Under the pieces are notes generated by a model. It saw nothing but the letters and a program-made list of their open reading frames with translations, was not told the origin of the DNA and searched no databases. The position numbers were made by a program, and so were the translations under genes. DNA of 63,950 nucleotides, the filler included, from an uncultured Methanoregulaceae archaeon (GTDB lineage Archaea; Halobacteriota; Methanomicrobia; Methanomicrobiales; Methanospirillaceae): NCBI GenBank assembly GCA_964530035.1. It is 3 parts of 3 records of this genome, joined end to end, with 100 filler letters (N's around TTAATTAATTAA, not from the genome) between each part and the next. Parts side by side here need not be neighbours in the genome. Positions count along the whole stretch, not along the records: positions 24,620 to 48,760 come from CAZGXZ010000013.1; positions 48,861 to 63,950 come from CAZGXZ010000046.1; 1 more part is not named here. The stretch is one strand, 5' to 3'. Below are positions 39,044 to 49,293 of this stretch, in pieces (position 1 is the stretch's first letter; each line of letters opens with the position of its first letter).

Positions 39044-39928
39044 TTATTTCCTTTTTATTGCGGAATAGCCCAGGAAGGAACCACACACGGCCAGTATTGC
39101 CAGGGCTGGTGAAACGGGAGTCTTTGTCGTGGCTGGTTTTGTGGTGGGGGGCGGGACTGCTGTCAGCGATACCGAGACCGGTGTCGACTGCCCGGAGATG
39201 ACGGTTACCATGACCGTCATGTCCTGGTACCCTGGCGCTTTTACCGTCATCCGGTGTTCTCCCGCTGCAACGTCGGTAATGGTGAGGGGTGCGACACCCT
39301 TGTATACATCGTCGAGATAGATGTTGGCGCCAGCCGGGGTTGAAGTGACCGCCACCGACCCGGTGGTAACCTGCTTCAGGGTGAATGAAACCTTGATGAT
39401 CGTGTCCGCAGGGATTGTCACCGTCTTTGTCTCTGTCCCGTATCCCGTTTTCCTGACTTCGACAGTGTACGTCGCCGGTATTACGTTTGTCCTGACATAT
39501 ACGCCGGACTCATCGGTTTTTCCTGAAAGGACCCCGTTGATGTAAATATCACAGAGCGGCGGGGCCGTGAGGATGTTCAGGCCGCCCGGGGTCTGCGTGG
39601 GGATGACCTCAAGGGTTGAGTACAGGTCGATGGTGCTTCCCGCCGCAGGAACGGACAGCACCGGGCCATTATACGTAGAATAGCCCTCCTTGCTGACCGA
39701 ATAGCTCTTATACGGGGTGCCGGTCGTGTATACCGGTACATAACATATGCCCTGTGCAATAGTGCCCTTGAAAGCCCCGTCGAACGCGACAGAAGCCCCG
39801 TCAACATTACAATGGACGATGTATGCTCCCATGTCTCCACCAATGAGCTGGTCTGAAGCGGCATGAGTCGGGCCGGCAAGGATGCATGCCATGCAGACCG
39901 CTGCAAGAATCACGTTCATGAATCGCAT
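39044..39928 (-). CDS. PEGA-domain surface protein
   Basis: Signal peptide, IGGDMG, VTSTPAGANIYLDD...PGY PEGA repeats, Thr-rich linker, C-terminal TM plus KRK. Confidence 0.88.
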   Translation of the reverse strand: MRFMNVILAAVCMACILAGPTHAASDQLIGGDMGAYIVHCNVDGASVAFDGAFKGTIAQGICYVPVYTTGTPYKSYSVSKEGYSTYNGPVLSVPAAGSTIDLYSTLEVIPTQTPGGLNILTAPPLCDIYINGVLSGKTDESGVYVRTNVIPATYTVEVRKTGYGTETKTVTIPADTIIKVSFTLKQVTTGSVAVTSTPAGANIYLDDVYKGVAPLTITDVAAGEHRMTVKAPGYQDMTVMVTVISGQSTPVSVSLTAVPPPTTKPATTKTPVSPALAILAVCGSFLGYSAIKRK

Positions 39929-40290
39929 GTGATGGTCACCAACGGTAAAAAACATCTCGTTCTCAAGAGTATTTATCCCTATCCTGTTCGACACGGGAGC
40001 AGGCGCAACCATGTCCGCCTGAAGGACACCCCCCTTGGTTGTCGTGTCCGGCACCTATTTGCCCCTGTAATGCCTGGGACCGGTCATACCTGTAAAGCAG
40101 GGGAAAATGCCCTGACGAATGGACAGGTACTCCCTGCAGGTGGTGGTTCAGTGACATATACCACGGGCTAAGGTTCACATTCCCCGGACCCTGTCTGCTG
40201 CCGGGTGGCAGGGGATACGCCGGGGTGAAGATTGCCCGGGACACGAAAAGGAAGTTGCCTGACCAGAGCCTTACGGTCCCTGGAAGTAAT

Positions 40291-40950
40291 TCATGGGCAC
40301 TCCTCGTACTCCAGCGGGTCATGTATCCCCATTTCCCTGAACGCTTCAAGCCGTTCCACACATGAACCGCATTTCCCGCAGGAACGGGGGGAACCCCTGT
40401 AGCAGGTCCAGGTGAGGGAATAGTCAACGCCGAGTTCAAGACCACGCCTGAGGATGCCGGTCTTGGTGTGATGGAGATAGGGGACTTCAAGACTCAGGGG
40501 GTGCCAGTCGCAGCGGCTGAAGGCCTCCTTCATTGCTGAAACGAACGCCGGCCTGCAGTCCGGATAGATCGTATGGTCTCCGGAATGTGCACCGTAATAC
40601 AGTTTTTCCGCCTTCATTTCGATGGCATATGCCCCGGCAAGGGAGAGCATCACCATGTTCCGGTTCGGGACGACGGTTACCTTCATGGTGTCATCGGTGT
40701 AGTTTCCCTCCGGCACCGGGATGTTTTCACGGGTAAGCGCTGATGAAACGAGGGCTCCAAGCAGGCCCAGGTCAATGACGCGGTGGGGTACCGCGAGTTT
40801 CTCACAGGTCGCCCGGGCGCATCCTATCTCGCGCCGGTGACGCTGGCCGTAATCGAAGGTAAGGCCAAAGGCATGTTCGCCCGATGCCACGACATCGTAG
40901 AGCAGCGTGGTCGAGTCCATGCCCCCGGAGATGATGACCACCGAACGCAT
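40291..40950 (-). CDS. queC: 7-cyano-7-deazaguanine (preQ0) synthase
   Basis: SGGMDST, YGQRH, VPNRN, YPDCR, TWTCY...CGKCGSC. Confidence 0.96.
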   Translation of the reverse strand: MRSVVIISGGMDSTTLLYDVVASGEHAFGLTFDYGQRHRREIGCARATCEKLAVPHRVIDLGLLGALVSSALTRENIPVPEGNYTDDTMKVTVVPNRNMVMLSLAGAYAIEMKAEKLYYGAHSGDHTIYPDCRPAFVSAMKEAFSRCDWHPLSLEVPYLHHTKTGILRRGLELGVDYSLTWTCYRGSPRSCGKCGSCVERLEAFREMGIHDPLEYEECP

Positions 40951-41145
40951 TTGGATGATTATTCGTTGGCGCCCCTTATCCGGGTTTCGAAGAAGGCAGA
41001 CTGAGGAAACCGGTTGCCGTCATGGCCACCCGGGTGTCTGAAAAAGAGCCCCTGATGATAATGCCCATTCTTCAGGGAACCGCCCGCAACCATGCTGATG
41101 GCCGCTCCACGAGGTAATGACCGGGTCGCCGGTGTCGCGATCCCT

Positions 41146-42306
41146 TCAACGCCTTACTCCGGCAAGGTATGCGCAGAGCAGGAGAATGGCAAGAAAGACA
41201 GGGATGAAGGAGAGTGGCGTGCTTCTTGTTTCAGCATGTCCCGGGGCTGATGTCGTTGCCGCAGGCAGGGTTGCTGGTGTCTTGCTATCTGAATCGAGCG
41301 AACTCCCGCCCTTGCCAACAAGGAACCCGGCCCTGGAATAGATGTCGTTGATAGACGGATCATTGAAGGCCGTGGTGAGGAACTCGGCTGCAGACATCCC
41401 GATGATCCTGCCATCTCCCCTGGAGTTGAAGAGGACCTTGTTGTTTGAGGAACGGACGACCGCACCTGTCCCTGCGTCATACAGGATATCCGGGCGCCTG
41501 TCAGTACCATGGTCTATCACGATTACCGAATACTCGCCGGCGTCCATGTGAGAGGTCTTGCCCGAGGGTATCACCAAGGAGTAGGTGCTGTCCTGCCTTA
41601 CAGGGGCTGTGGAGACTTCGATTGAGTCAGGCCCTATTACCCAGACCGTAACCTCACCGGTGCTCCCCGGGGCAGTCCCTGATATGGTTACATCCTGACC
41701 CGTGACAATGTGGGCGGACGAAACCGTTGCCGTCACGGTCCCGGGCGCCGGTCCTTGCACCACTGAACCTCCAGCCGTCCCATAGACACCTATCAGTGTT
41801 GAAGCCGTGGCAACCTGGTCGTCAACAACATGTGATGCGATAGCCCTGCCGAGTGCGGCAGCGGTGTCTGGTCCGAACACGGTCCCTGACCCGGCAAGTG
41901 GGAAGAGGTGCTCCCTGGTCCTGGTCTTCTGGACCATTCCTGTCGTGTTATCGTACCCGACATCGAACCGGCTGTCCCCACCCTGGTCTTCCACGTAAAC
42001 AGTGTAGGTCCCGGGAGTCATGGTGGAGATGCCGAGTTGCGCGGTACTTGTAATGAAGCGTCCGTCTTCCCTGACAGGTACGAGGTGCATCCCCCGGTAT
42101 CCAGGGCCCACTATCCACACTGCGACCTCGGAGGACAGGTTTCCGTTGACCTGTCCTGATATGGTTAGGGATCCATCATTGAGCGGAGTTACCAGGACTG
42201 ATACGGCGGAAGCGGCCCCGGCAAGGAATGCTGCAAGGAGTATCATGGTCCCTGCAGTGCGGGCATAGTGCATGAGCATGAAAAGAAATGGGAGTTCCCG
42301 GGGCAT
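41146..42306 (-). CDS. Surface protein with two tandem S-layer-like domains
   Basis: Signal peptide, internal duplication (TISG...VWIVGP...DG/DS...G.Y.V), Thr/Ala linker, C-terminal TM plus RR. Confidence 0.75.
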   Translation of the reverse strand: MPRELPFLFMLMHYARTAGTMILLAAFLAGAASAVSVLVTPLNDGSLTISGQVNGNLSSEVAVWIVGPGYRGMHLVPVREDGRFITSTAQLGISTMTPGTYTVYVEDQGGDSRFDVGYDNTTGMVQKTRTREHLFPLAGSGTVFGPDTAAALGRAIASHVVDDQVATASTLIGVYGTAGGSVVQGPAPGTVTATVSSAHIVTGQDVTISGTAPGSTGEVTVWVIGPDSIEVSTAPVRQDSTYSLVIPSGKTSHMDAGEYSVIVIDHGTDRRPDILYDAGTGAVVRSSNNKVLFNSRGDGRIIGMSAAEFLTTAFNDPSINDIYSRAGFLVGKGGSSLDSDSKTPATLPAATTSAPGHAETRSTPLSFIPVFLAILLLCAYLAGVRR

Positions 42307-42327
42307 AAATCTCCCCGGGACAGGAAT

Positions 42328-43266
42328 TCAGACGACGATGTTCGTTTCTGAGAAGCGTTTGATGCGGACGAGGATGTAGTCACGTATCCTGGACGGGGTA
42401 ACCTTGGCAACATCGCCCATTGTGACACCCTCCTCGATTTCAAGGCCCCGGATCGTTTTCGCAAAGGTATCGTACGGAAGCTTGACACGGAGGCCCTGCA
42501 TCTGGACGGTGAGGGGCGTGGGCGATAGTACCTCATGGATGGCCGGAACCTGCTCACTGATGATATCTTTCAGTCTGGCCGGGTTCACCGAGAGCGGGTC
42601 TTTCGATATATCCACCCGCTGTACGTCAAGGACCCGGCTGATTTCACTGACTATCTCGTCCATCTTGACGAATTCCTCAGATTCCTTCGTCCTGTGCATG
42701 AACCGCCCGAGTTCTCCGACATACCCGTCAACCGGAGGATCGATGATCCGTTCCAGTGTTTCCTTTGCAGGACCGCCTGCAACAACGATAGGGACATCGA
42801 TCCCACGCCTGAGGACCGGGAACTTCTTTTGAATGCAGGTCTCGAAATTGCCGAAGAGGTAGATTGCAAGGTCGTGCTCGTTGATGACATCCCGCTCCTC
42901 GTCGTTCATCATCGCGATCCTCTTTCCAAATCCCCGTGCGAGCCCGATCATGTTGGTTTTTGCTCCGAACCTCCGGAGGTATTCCGCCACGTCGCATGAG
43001 GCATGGGGCAGGTGATGGATCTCGAGGCTCATCGAGACCACTGCGATCTCGGTGCCAACCAGCGGTGATGGCGTGACTTCGCCGGTGAGGGGTTTTCCAA
43101 CAGCCATTATCAGTTCTATGTCGTCCTTCGGGACAAAGGCCTGGAGGACCACCTCCTGGGCGATGGCGTGCTTCTGGACGATATATCCTCCCAGGTCCTC
43201 AATCAGGTCGATGATCTCGTCATGGCGGTATATCCCGCCCTTATAGGTGATCGGGACAAGGATCAC
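42328..43266 (-). CDS. mmp7: Methanogenesis marker protein 7
   Basis: YKGGIYRHDE...EDLGG, HHLPHASCDVAEYLRR, GNFETCI; cluster context. Confidence 0.9.
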   Translation of the reverse strand: MILVPITYKGGIYRHDEIIDLIEDLGGYIVQKHAIAQEVVLQAFVPKDDIELIMAVGKPLTGEVTPSPLVGTEIAVVSMSLEIHHLPHASCDVAEYLRRFGAKTNMIGLARGFGKRIAMMNDEERDVINEHDLAIYLFGNFETCIQKKFPVLRRGIDVPIVVAGGPAKETLERIIDPPVDGYVGELGRFMHRTKESEEFVKMDEIVSEISRVLDVQRVDISKDPLSVNPARLKDIISEQVPAIHEVLSPTPLTVQMQGLRVKLPYDTFAKTIRGLEIEEGVTMGDVAKVTPSRIRDYILVRIKRFSETNIVV

Positions 43267-43847
43267 AGTGATTCCCCCATCTTTTGGAAACTGTCAGCGA
43301 CCATGGTCCTGACGATGTCCTCGGCAAGGGTATTCTCGCTCGCGACATACCAGAACACCCCCTTGCCGTAAAACTGACGCCGCACCTTGAACCCCTCGGG
43401 GGCGATGCATTGGAGGGCGTAGATGAGGTCCCTGTAGAGCGCCTCTCCCGGGTCGAGCACGACCATGTCCTCAAGCATTCCTGACTCGGAAGGGTCGAGA
43501 TCCATGGTGATGGTGAACCGGTCGGGCTGGTCGACCCTGTCCTTGCCGAACCTCTCCCAGAGGATCTTCAGGAGCGGGGCGAGGTAATTCTCGCTTGCAA
43601 GGGCGAGGATGACCTGCCGGTTCTGGATGTTGACATTTGCGAAATCCCTGACCCTCACCAGTGCAGGGACTTTTTTTGCGATGCCCGTGGCGATGAAGAC
43701 CGGGACCTCAGGGTCGATGAAGGCACGGAACTTCGAGACGACCTTGAGGAGGTCATGGTCGAGGAGAACCACCTCGGCGATCCTCCTGTACATCTCTCCC
43801 CCTGCCGGCTCGGTACTTTCGACCTCGAAGTACTCAAGCGCCTGCAT
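43263..43847 (-). CDS. mmp17: Methanogenesis marker protein 17
   Basis: VESTEPAGGEMY, ENYLAPLL...QPDRF, PEGFKVR; position between markers 15 and 7. Confidence 0.88.
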   Translation of the reverse strand: MQALEYFEVESTEPAGGEMYRRIAEVVLLDHDLLKVVSKFRAFIDPEVPVFIATGIAKKVPALVRVRDFANVNIQNRQVILALASENYLAPLLKILWERFGKDRVDQPDRFTITMDLDPSESGMLEDMVVLDPGEALYRDLIYALQCIAPEGFKVRRQFYGKGVFWYVASENTLAEDIVRTMVADSFQKMGESL

Positions 43848-45092
43848 TCATCCCCCGCTCTGGAACTTCTTGTATCCTGATGCCAGGAGTGCCGCTCCGA
43901 CCGCCCCGATGTATTGCGAATACTGCGGGACAACGATCTGTGTCTGCAGGAGGTCACCCATTGCCTTGACCAGGCCACCGATGAGCGAGGAACCACCCAC
44001 CATGATTACCGGCTCCTTGATGTCCACTTCCTGGAGCTGCTGTTCGAAGACCTGCTCGGCCACGCTGTGACAGGCGGCAGCAGCGACATCCTCCCGCGAA
44101 TTGCCTGCTGCAAGGGCGTTTACCAGGCTCTGGGTCCCGAAGACGATGCAGTAGCTGTTCATGGGCACATTCCGGCTCATCCCTCTCAGGGCAAGCGGAC
44201 CGAGCTCGGTGATATCGACACCGAGCCTCTTCGAGGTCATCTCGAGGAAGCGCCCGCTTGCACCGGCACAGATACCACCCATCGTGAAGGTCCCGGGGAT
44301 GCCGTCCTGGACGGAGATGGCCTTGTTGTCCATCCCGCCGATATCTATGACGGTTGCCGGGCCCTTCTGGCAGTCGGCAAGGAAGACGGCCCCTTTCGAG
44401 TTGACGGTGAGCTCCTCCTGGATAAGGTCGGCCTTGATCTTTTCACCGACCAGGAACCTGCCATATCCTGTTGTGCCCACCGCTTCGATATCTTCACGAC
44501 TGACGCCTGCCTCTTCGAGGGCGGTTGCCATTACCGCTTCGGCAGATCCGATGACCTCGGTCGTCGGCAGCCACCCTGTGCCGATGATCCTGTTGTCCCG
44601 CATGACGATTGCCTTGGTCGTGGAAGAACCCGAATCGACGCCCATGGTGAGCCCCTCCTGTTTCTCCCGGGCAAGGAGCGCCCTTCTCCTGGCGATCGTG
44701 GTCAGCGCCTCCATGCGCGTGAGGAGGGTTCCTGATGTCGTCCTCTCGGTGAAGGAGTAGGAAACGACGGGAAGGGTCGAGTTCTCGTGGATGTACCGCC
44801 TTAATTCATTCCTGACAATGGCAGCCTCGGCACACCTGAAGCAGGTGGCGATAAAAACTGCGTCTGCCTCGAGTGCTCCTTCGACCAGTCCCTTTGCCCG
44901 GGCAATAGCCAGCTTGAGGTCCGGACTCCTGACATTCAGGCCGAATGAGCCGAAATTCCGCCGGACATCTGCAAGCCGGATGTCGGGAAAAAAGATCTCG
45001 GCATCGACCGCGGCTGCAGCATCGTTTATCTCCTTCTGAACCCCGCTATATTCCGGCCCACAGGAAAGCTGGGCGATCCTGACCCGGCTCAT
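43848..45092 (-). CDS. mmp15: Methanogenesis marker protein 15 (BadF/BadG-type ASKHA ATPase)
   Basis: [46 protein letters not shown]. Confidence 0.92.
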   Translation of the reverse strand: MSRVRIAQLSCGPEYSGVQKEINDAAAAVDAEIFFPDIRLADVRRNFGSFGLNVRSPDLKLAIARAKGLVEGALEADAVFIATCFRCAEAAIVRNELRRYIHENSTLPVVSYSFTERTTSGTLLTRMEALTTIARRRALLAREKQEGLTMGVDSGSSTTKAIVMRDNRIIGTGWLPTTEVIGSAEAVMATALEEAGVSREDIEAVGTTGYGRFLVGEKIKADLIQEELTVNSKGAVFLADCQKGPATVIDIGGMDNKAISVQDGIPGTFTMGGICAGASGRFLEMTSKRLGVDITELGPLALRGMSRNVPMNSYCIVFGTQSLVNALAAGNSREDVAAAACHSVAEQVFEQQLQEVDIKEPVIMVGGSSLIGGLVKAMGDLLQTQIVVPQYSQYIGAVGAALLASGYKKFQSGG

Positions 45093-45535
45093 TCCGCCCC
45101 TCCAAGGGTGTCAAGGAATGACTTTATCGCTGCCACGAACTCCTCTCCTTCCTTTTCATCCGAGGGGTAGTTCAGGTCGAGGACGGGGATCCCGCGCTGC
45201 CGCACGAGAAACATGATGAGCTCGTTGGTCCTAGCGCAGCCCATGCAGCCGAATGCATAATCTGCATCGTTCACGATGATCGCACCTTCTGCAGCCTCGA
45301 TAAGGGGGCCGTAGAGTGACATCCTGCCCCGGACACCCGAAGGGACCTCGACAGCCGCGTACTTGAGCCCTTTCTTCGCGTCCTCAGGGGTGATCTGGAG
45401 CGGAGGGGAGTCGAAACCGGCGGTCTGGATATGCTCACGGACCGAAAGTGCGGACCCAAGTGGTTTGTGGCCGAAACGTGCGACGAGGTCTGAAAGGATC
45501 AGGCTGGTTGCAGGATAAATGAAAACGTTCGCCAT
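45089..45535 (-). CDS. mmp5: Methanogenesis marker protein 5
   Basis: [34 protein letters not shown]. Confidence 0.92.
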   Translation of the reverse strand: MANVFIYPATSLILSDLVARFGHKPLGSALSVREHIQTAGFDSPPLQITPEDAKKGLKYAAVEVPSGVRGRMSLYGPLIEAAEGAIIVNDADYAFGCMGCARTNELIMFLVRQRGIPVLDLNYPSDEKEGEEFVAAIKSFLDTLGGAE

Positions 45536-45536
45536 T

Positions 45537-45998
45537 TCAGGGCTCCGTCTTGTCTATGATCTTTTTGAGGGACGTGGTGTCGAGATAGGTCTTTTTTACA
45601 GGCGAGGGGGGATCGGCCTCCGTTCCCGGCGCCCTGGACTTCAGGGCGGCTAGCCCGTGCGAGACGGACCTGAGGACAAAGTTCACCTCGTATTCATGGC
45701 CAAAGTATCCGGGGCGGGCGCCGCCAAGGTTCGCACGGCACCTCCTCTCGTCACCCGGTGGAAACCCCCTGTCCTTCACGAAAACGTGTTCAGGGTCGAA
45801 TGATCTAAGGCGTTCGAGGACCCTGTCAACCTCTTCCGGCAGGCCGGTTATCTGCAGGCCGAAACAGGTCTCCTTGATCATCACCCCTTCAGAGACCTCG
45901 TAGGCCTTGATGGCAAAATCGGTCGGAGTCATCTCGGGGGACTCGATAAAAACGTACTTGGTCACGGTCCCGACGTATTTCGGCTTATACTCCTTCAC
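45537..45998 (-). CDS. mmp6: Methanogenesis marker protein 6
   Basis: IKETCFG, FVKDRGFPPGDERRCRA...GARPG. Confidence 0.9.
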   Translation of the reverse strand: MKEYKPKYVGTVTKYVFIESPEMTPTDFAIKAYEVSEGVMIKETCFGLQITGLPEEVDRVLERLRSFDPEHVFVKDRGFPPGDERRCRANLGGARPGYFGHEYEVNFVLRSVSHGLAALKSRAPGTEADPPSPVKKTYLDTTSLKKIIDKTEP

Positions 45999-47527
45999 CT
46001 GTTCACCTCCCGAATAAACACGGTTTCACCTTCTTTCCTCTCTTTCAGCCGTTTCATATCCACTACCCGGCCGATGATGTTCGTCCCGTCGAAGGGCTCC
46101 GAGGTCGGCCCGAACTCGGCGTTTTCCGTACCCCGTACACCTACCATCCCGGTCCCCTTCCGCGAGTCATTGGTCATGCCAAGGACCCCCGCCGGTACCG
46201 GACCTCCCGGTGTGTTTTCAGGGTCAATCCTGACCCCGGCAGGTACCTTAGGTTTGAAGAGGAACACGTCGTCAAAGCTGAAGAAGAAGGGGATCCTCCC
46301 TACGTTGTGCTGTGCAAGTCCTGTGATGCGCCTGAAGATGTCACAGGTAACGGGGGCGTTCCGGTCATCCAGGTCAATGTCGATAACGTCCGCAAAGGGG
46401 ACCGTTTCGAGCTCCACCTCGCCCCTAAAAAGGGCTTCAAGTGTCGTCCCCGGGTTCTGGCGGATGATGACGCACTCGCCTCTCACGGCAGTGCAGTCAG
46501 AAATGAGCTTTATCCCTCGTTTTTCAGCTGATTCTATCGCAACGGGCTTAGGGAGGCCGACCAGGTCGAACCTCCGGGGCTCTGCCGTTACAGAAAGCGT
46601 TTCACCCTCCTTTGCGAGCATTGCCAGTTCAATACCATTGGTGACCTGGCCGACGACCGTATGGGCGGGCGAAGAGGGGAGGTCCTCAGTATAAATGTAG
46701 ACCGCTCCACGTGACTTTCCCCGCGTCCGGACGGTAACCGTCCCCTGCCTGCGCCCGGCTGGTAACTCCTGGACCACGTCGGTACCGGTAAAACGTTCAT
46801 CCCGGATATGGGTGCTGGTAGAGCGGCCGATCTGAAACACGCCCTTCTCGAGGGCAACCAGGAGGTGTTCGACCGAGGCGGCGACAGCCGGGTCTACCCG
46901 CTCCCTGGCACAACCCTGGGATCTGATGGTCATCCGCGATATGACCTGCATACCTTCCTCAAGGACGATGCCGGTATCGCTGGTCGTGAAGGAGGTGCTG
47001 GTCTCAGAGAAGCTGATGACCGGTTCTATCCGTTCCACGCGGTCACCATGGGACAACCGGTCGAGGACACCGCGGCCTGAGACTACCCTGCCGATAACAC
47101 CGCCGTCATCTCTCGCCCCATGGTCTGCGACATGACGCATCCTTGACAGTACGAGATATGCCTGCCCGGGGTCATAGCCCCCGCATCCGATGATAACGTC
47201 CCCCCGCTCGTACCGGGAGGCCCTCCTGGAAGGCTTGAAATCAGATGAAAAAGGACCGAAAGCCGCGGTATACCGGTCAGTCCACTTTATCCCGAGGGAA
47301 GGTAACAAGGCAGGATGGTTGGAAAAAAGCCCGTCCTTGTCGCTAAATTCTATGATGACCTCCCCGGCACCGGTGGTAAGTTTCAGGTTCCTTGTAGCCT
47401 GGGACTCCCGTGCTCCGGGCAGGATGACCGCTACGGAACGACCCGGGACATGGTCGGGAAGGACAGAGGAAAGAGGAGTGCCGGGGTCAACCTCCCGTTT
47501 CACCCCGTCGATTATGACGGCGGGCAT
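45995..47527 (-). CDS. mmp3: Methanogenesis marker protein 3 (cyclophilin-like domains)
   Basis: HTVVGQVTNGIEL, PENTP, GMTNDSRKGTGMVGVR, FGPTSEPFDGTNIIG. Confidence 0.92.
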   Translation of the reverse strand: MPAVIIDGVKREVDPGTPLSSVLPDHVPGRSVAVILPGARESQATRNLKLTTGAGEVIIEFSDKDGLFSNHPALLPSLGIKWTDRYTAAFGPFSSDFKPSRRASRYERGDVIIGCGGYDPGQAYLVLSRMRHVADHGARDDGGVIGRVVSGRGVLDRLSHGDRVERIEPVISFSETSTSFTTSDTGIVLEEGMQVISRMTIRSQGCARERVDPAVAASVEHLLVALEKGVFQIGRSTSTHIRDERFTGTDVVQELPAGRRQGTVTVRTRGKSRGAVYIYTEDLPSSPAHTVVGQVTNGIELAMLAKEGETLSVTAEPRRFDLVGLPKPVAIESAEKRGIKLISDCTAVRGECVIIRQNPGTTLEALFRGEVELETVPFADVIDIDLDDRNAPVTCDIFRRITGLAQHNVGRIPFFFSFDDVFLFKPKVPAGVRIDPENTPGGPVPAGVLGMTNDSRKGTGMVGVRGTENAEFGPTSEPFDGTNIIGRVVDMKRLKERKEGETVFIREVNR

Positions 47528-47530
47528 GGT

Positions 47531-48760
47531 CTATCCCGCAGGAGCAGACTGCGGTTTGCCCATCACTTCCCGTTCGTCCTCGGTAAGACTTGCAAGGACC
47601 TCTGCGGTCTTCCCTATGGTGACGATCTTTCCCCCCCGCATCAGTGCGCAGCGGTCGCAGATGTCCCTGACGAACTCCATGTCATGGGATACGACGATGA
47701 AGGTCTCGTCCATCTCCTCGCGTGCATGCATTATCGAGTGCTTGACATCGATCTTGGTGATGGGGTCCATGGTCCCGGTGGGCTCGTCAAGGACCACTAT
47801 CCTCGGTTCACGGATGAGGACCTGCGCCAGTGCGACCCGGTGCCGCTCCCCCTCGGAGAGCTGCGACGGGTAGCGTTCAAGGATGTCCTTGCTCTTTTCG
47901 GCAGTAAAACCGGCCATTTTCAGGGTGATGATTGCCTTCCGCATGGCGAGTTCCTTCGGGAACTCGAGACCGATGGCATCTGTCAGGTTATCGAGTACGT
48001 TCCGGTGGGGAAACAGGTCGTACTCCTGGTGGAGGAGGCCGATATAACTCTTTGCCCTCCCCCGGTTTTCTATGCCCGGTTTGGTCATATCGACCCACTG
48101 TTCGCCGATCCTGATATTCATCTCGCCCGAGGTCGGTTCAACAAGACCGGAAATAATCCGGGAGAGGGTGGTCTTTCCTGCGCCGGATTTCCCGATGATG
48201 CCAAAGATCTCCTTTTCGCCCACTTCAAACGAAACCCCGTTCACCGCCCGGACGAGGCCGCGGTCGACGGATATGAACCGCTTCACAACGTCACGTGCGA
48301 CAAGCAGTTTCTCGCCAATCTCCGTTGTTTCATACTGCTCGGTGTCCGACCGCTGGAGCATGAAGCGGCTGATGACGTCGTGGGGGGAGCCGATGACTTC
48401 TATCGAACCATCCACGAGGAGGATTGCCCGGTTTGCGACGTCCTCGATGACCTGGGAGAAGTGCGACGTGACGACCATGCCCATGTTGTTTGTCCGGGCG
48501 GCGTCCTTGAGCATCCCGTGGACGACCTTGGCCGTACCCGGGTCAAGAGTCCCGGTGGGCTCATCGGCAAAGAGCATGAAGGGGTCCTTTGCCAGCTGAC
48601 GTGCAAGCACGACCCGCTGTTTCTCCCCGCCCGAGAGGTCCCGGGCGATATGCATCATGCGGTGGGAGAGCTTGACCTGGTCGACGAGGTCTGCAGCCCG
48701 CCCGATCGCCTTTTCAGCGGGAAAGCCAACTTCGTCCAGGGCTTTTAAGACGTTTTCGAT
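47531..48760 (-). CDS. atwA: Methyl-coenzyme M reductase system component A2 (5' end lost at the gap)
   Basis: MHIARDLSGGEKQRVVLARQL, ADEPTGTLD, GKSGAGKTT, LSEGERHRVA; open to the contig edge. Confidence 0.93.
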   Translation of the reverse strand: MENVLKALDEVGFPAEKAIGRAADLVDQVKLSHRMMHIARDLSGGEKQRVVLARQLAKDPFMLFADEPTGTLDPGTAKVVHGMLKDAARTNNMGMVVTSHFSQVIEDVANRAILLVDGSIEVIGSPHDVISRFMLQRSDTEQYETTEIGEKLLVARDVVKRFISVDRGLVRAVNGVSFEVGEKEIFGIIGKSGAGKTTLSRIISGLVEPTSGEMNIRIGEQWVDMTKPGIENRGRAKSYIGLLHQEYDLFPHRNVLDNLTDAIGLEFPKELAMRKAIITLKMAGFTAEKSKDILERYPSQLSEGERHRVALAQVLIREPRIVVLDEPTGTMDPITKIDVKHSIMHAREEMDETFIVVSHDMEFVRDICDRCALMRGGKIVTIGKTAEVLASLTEDEREVMGKPQSAPAG

Positions 48761-48860
48761 NNNNNNNNNNNNNNNNNNNNNNNNNNNNNNNNNNNNNNNN
48801 NNNNTTAATTAATTAANNNNNNNNNNNNNNNNNNNNNNNNNNNNNNNNNNNNNNNNNNNN
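48761..48860. other. Assembly spacer between contigs
   Basis: 100-nt block of Ns with central TTAATTAATTAA. Confidence 0.98.
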
Positions 48861-49293
48861 GTATCCCGAGATCTCCAAAGAGCCCTATGCGGTCGAGTTC
48901 CCCGAGAGCTGCCGAAAGCGACGGTCTCGGGGGCATGACATCGTAGACGTGCACGGTCTGTATCACCGACGGGTCAGGGTCACAGATGAAGAGCAGGTGT
49001 TCGTCATGTCCCTGGAAAATGGTGCATCGGGTTTCTGACAGGCTCGCCAGCTCGATCAGCCGCGTGCGGTCTGCCAGTTCCACCTTTCCGGGGTAGAGCG
49101 TCACTTCTTCAGGCCGGGCAATGACGCGGGACGACCTGACCGGCCTCATGAGCCCCTCTCCCTCACCCGGTTCGACTTCGATGATTTCGGGTCCTTTCAC
49201 CGTTTCCCGGATGATATAGCGGGTGAGGAAATACACCCGGTCACCGCAGGGGGTACCGCACGAGTGCCCGACCTGCTTGTACGGGAAGATCAT
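48861..49293 (-). CDS. Hypothetical protein (3' end lost at the gap)
   Basis: ATGA overlap with aksE; MIFPYKQVG...RVYFLTRY...CTIFQGHDEHLLF. Confidence 0.75.

Noticed and set aside
47315..48748. 477-aa plus-strand ORF
   Set aside because: Antisense shadow of atwA caused by GC-rich codon bias.
48861..49293. Pseudogene calls for genes broken at the spacers
   Set aside because: Truncations coincide with contig ends, not mutations.
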